From Felis catus (lineage: Eukaryota): 64,000 nt of DNA. The translations under genes were made by a program, and so were the position numbers. Positions within the stretch are counted from its first letter, which is position 1. The number at the start of each line of letters is the position of its first letter. This document shows positions 63,465 to 64,000 of this stretch, in pieces. The notes beneath the pieces are model-generated. The model saw only the letters and a program-made list of their open reading frames with translations, was not told the origin of the DNA and made no database searches. The stretch lies in the NCBI RefSeq assembly GCF_018350175.1, contig NC_058368.1, forward strand, positions 189,536,001-189,600,000. The letters run 5' to 3'.

Positions 63465-63705
63465 ACCAGTTGCTCAGGTCAAAAATCTTAGAGTCATTTT
63501 TGCATCTTCTCTATTACATTCTATACCAATCTTGGCTCTACCTTCAAAAAAACAGATTCAGACTAATTCTCACCAATTCTATCTCCACCACTCTTCCAGG
63601 AGAACTGCAATAGCCTAGTTTGCTACCATGTTTGCTTGGTCCCGTTTCACCTGCTCCCCACCAGCAGTCACAGCAGTCGTGTTAAGAATGTGATGCGCCT
63701 GGTGG
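63465..63705 (+). mobile_element. L2 fragment
   Basis: ccagttgctcaggtcaaaaatcttagagtcat...ggctctaccttcaaaa...actgcaatagcct. Confidence 0.7.
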
Positions 63706-63714
63706 CTCAGTCAG

Positions 63715-63902
63715 TTAAGCATCCAATTTCAGTTCAGGTCATGATCTTGCTGCCTTGGGTTCAAGCCTCGCATCGGGCTCTGTGCTGACAGCTCAGAACT
63801 TGGATCCTGCTTCAGATTCTGTGTCTCCCTCTCCCTCTCACACTCGGTCTCTCTCTCAAAAATAAATAAAACATTAAAAAAATTTAAAAAAGAAAAAAAA
63901 AG
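63715..63902 (+). mobile_element. Can-SINE
   Basis: gcgcctggtggctcagtcagttaagc...tctgtgtctccctctc...aaaataaataaaacatt(A)n. Confidence 0.93.
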
Positions 63903-63932
63903 AACCTAAGTTAGGTCCATAGTTTACAGGTC

Positions 63933-64000
63933 AGCCTCTGCTAACATTTGCAGGAACCAGGGCAAGAATTCAAATGAGGGTCCACATACCATATTTAATT
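63933..64000 (+). mobile_element. Possible start of a MER45/ORSL-like MITE
   Basis: atttgcaggaaccagggcaagaattcaaatgagggtccacataccata. Confidence 0.35.

Noticed and set aside
56785..63902. tRNA-like A/B-box sequences
   Set aside because: They are Can-SINE heads followed by (CT)n and A-tails, not tRNA genes.
1..64000. CRISPR arrays, operons or other prokaryotic-type systems
   Set aside because: The sequence is mammalian, with no regularly spaced repeat-spacer structure or gene-dense coding region.

Overview
Mammalian non-coding DNA from a felid. The evidence is 12 tRNA-derived Can-SINEs, including young SINEC_Fc-type copies, and a felid-type L1 3' end. I can support no protein-coding gene: the ORF track is mostly chance or low-complexity ORFs, and the only recognisable peptides are L1 ORF1p and ORF2p remnants. 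The window is a mosaic of old MIR, L2, L3, L1M, MaLR/ERVL LTR and hAT MITE relics, with repeat-free AT-rich, homeobox-motif-rich blocks between them that resemble enhancers of a gene desert or large intron. The best-supported unusual structures are: (1) an L1 insertion carrying a 3' transduction inside a perfect 16-bp TSD, with a young SINE nested in the transduced DNA; (2) a tailless 3'-truncated U6 retrocopy with a TSD inside a MIR; (3) a palindromic pair of splice donors shared by candidate exons on opposite strands; (4) tightly spaced inverted SINE pairs; (5) an ORF1-only, HAL1-like L1 relic. Repeat subfamily names are recalled from consensus sequences without alignment, and boundaries of old repeats are approximate (tens of bp).
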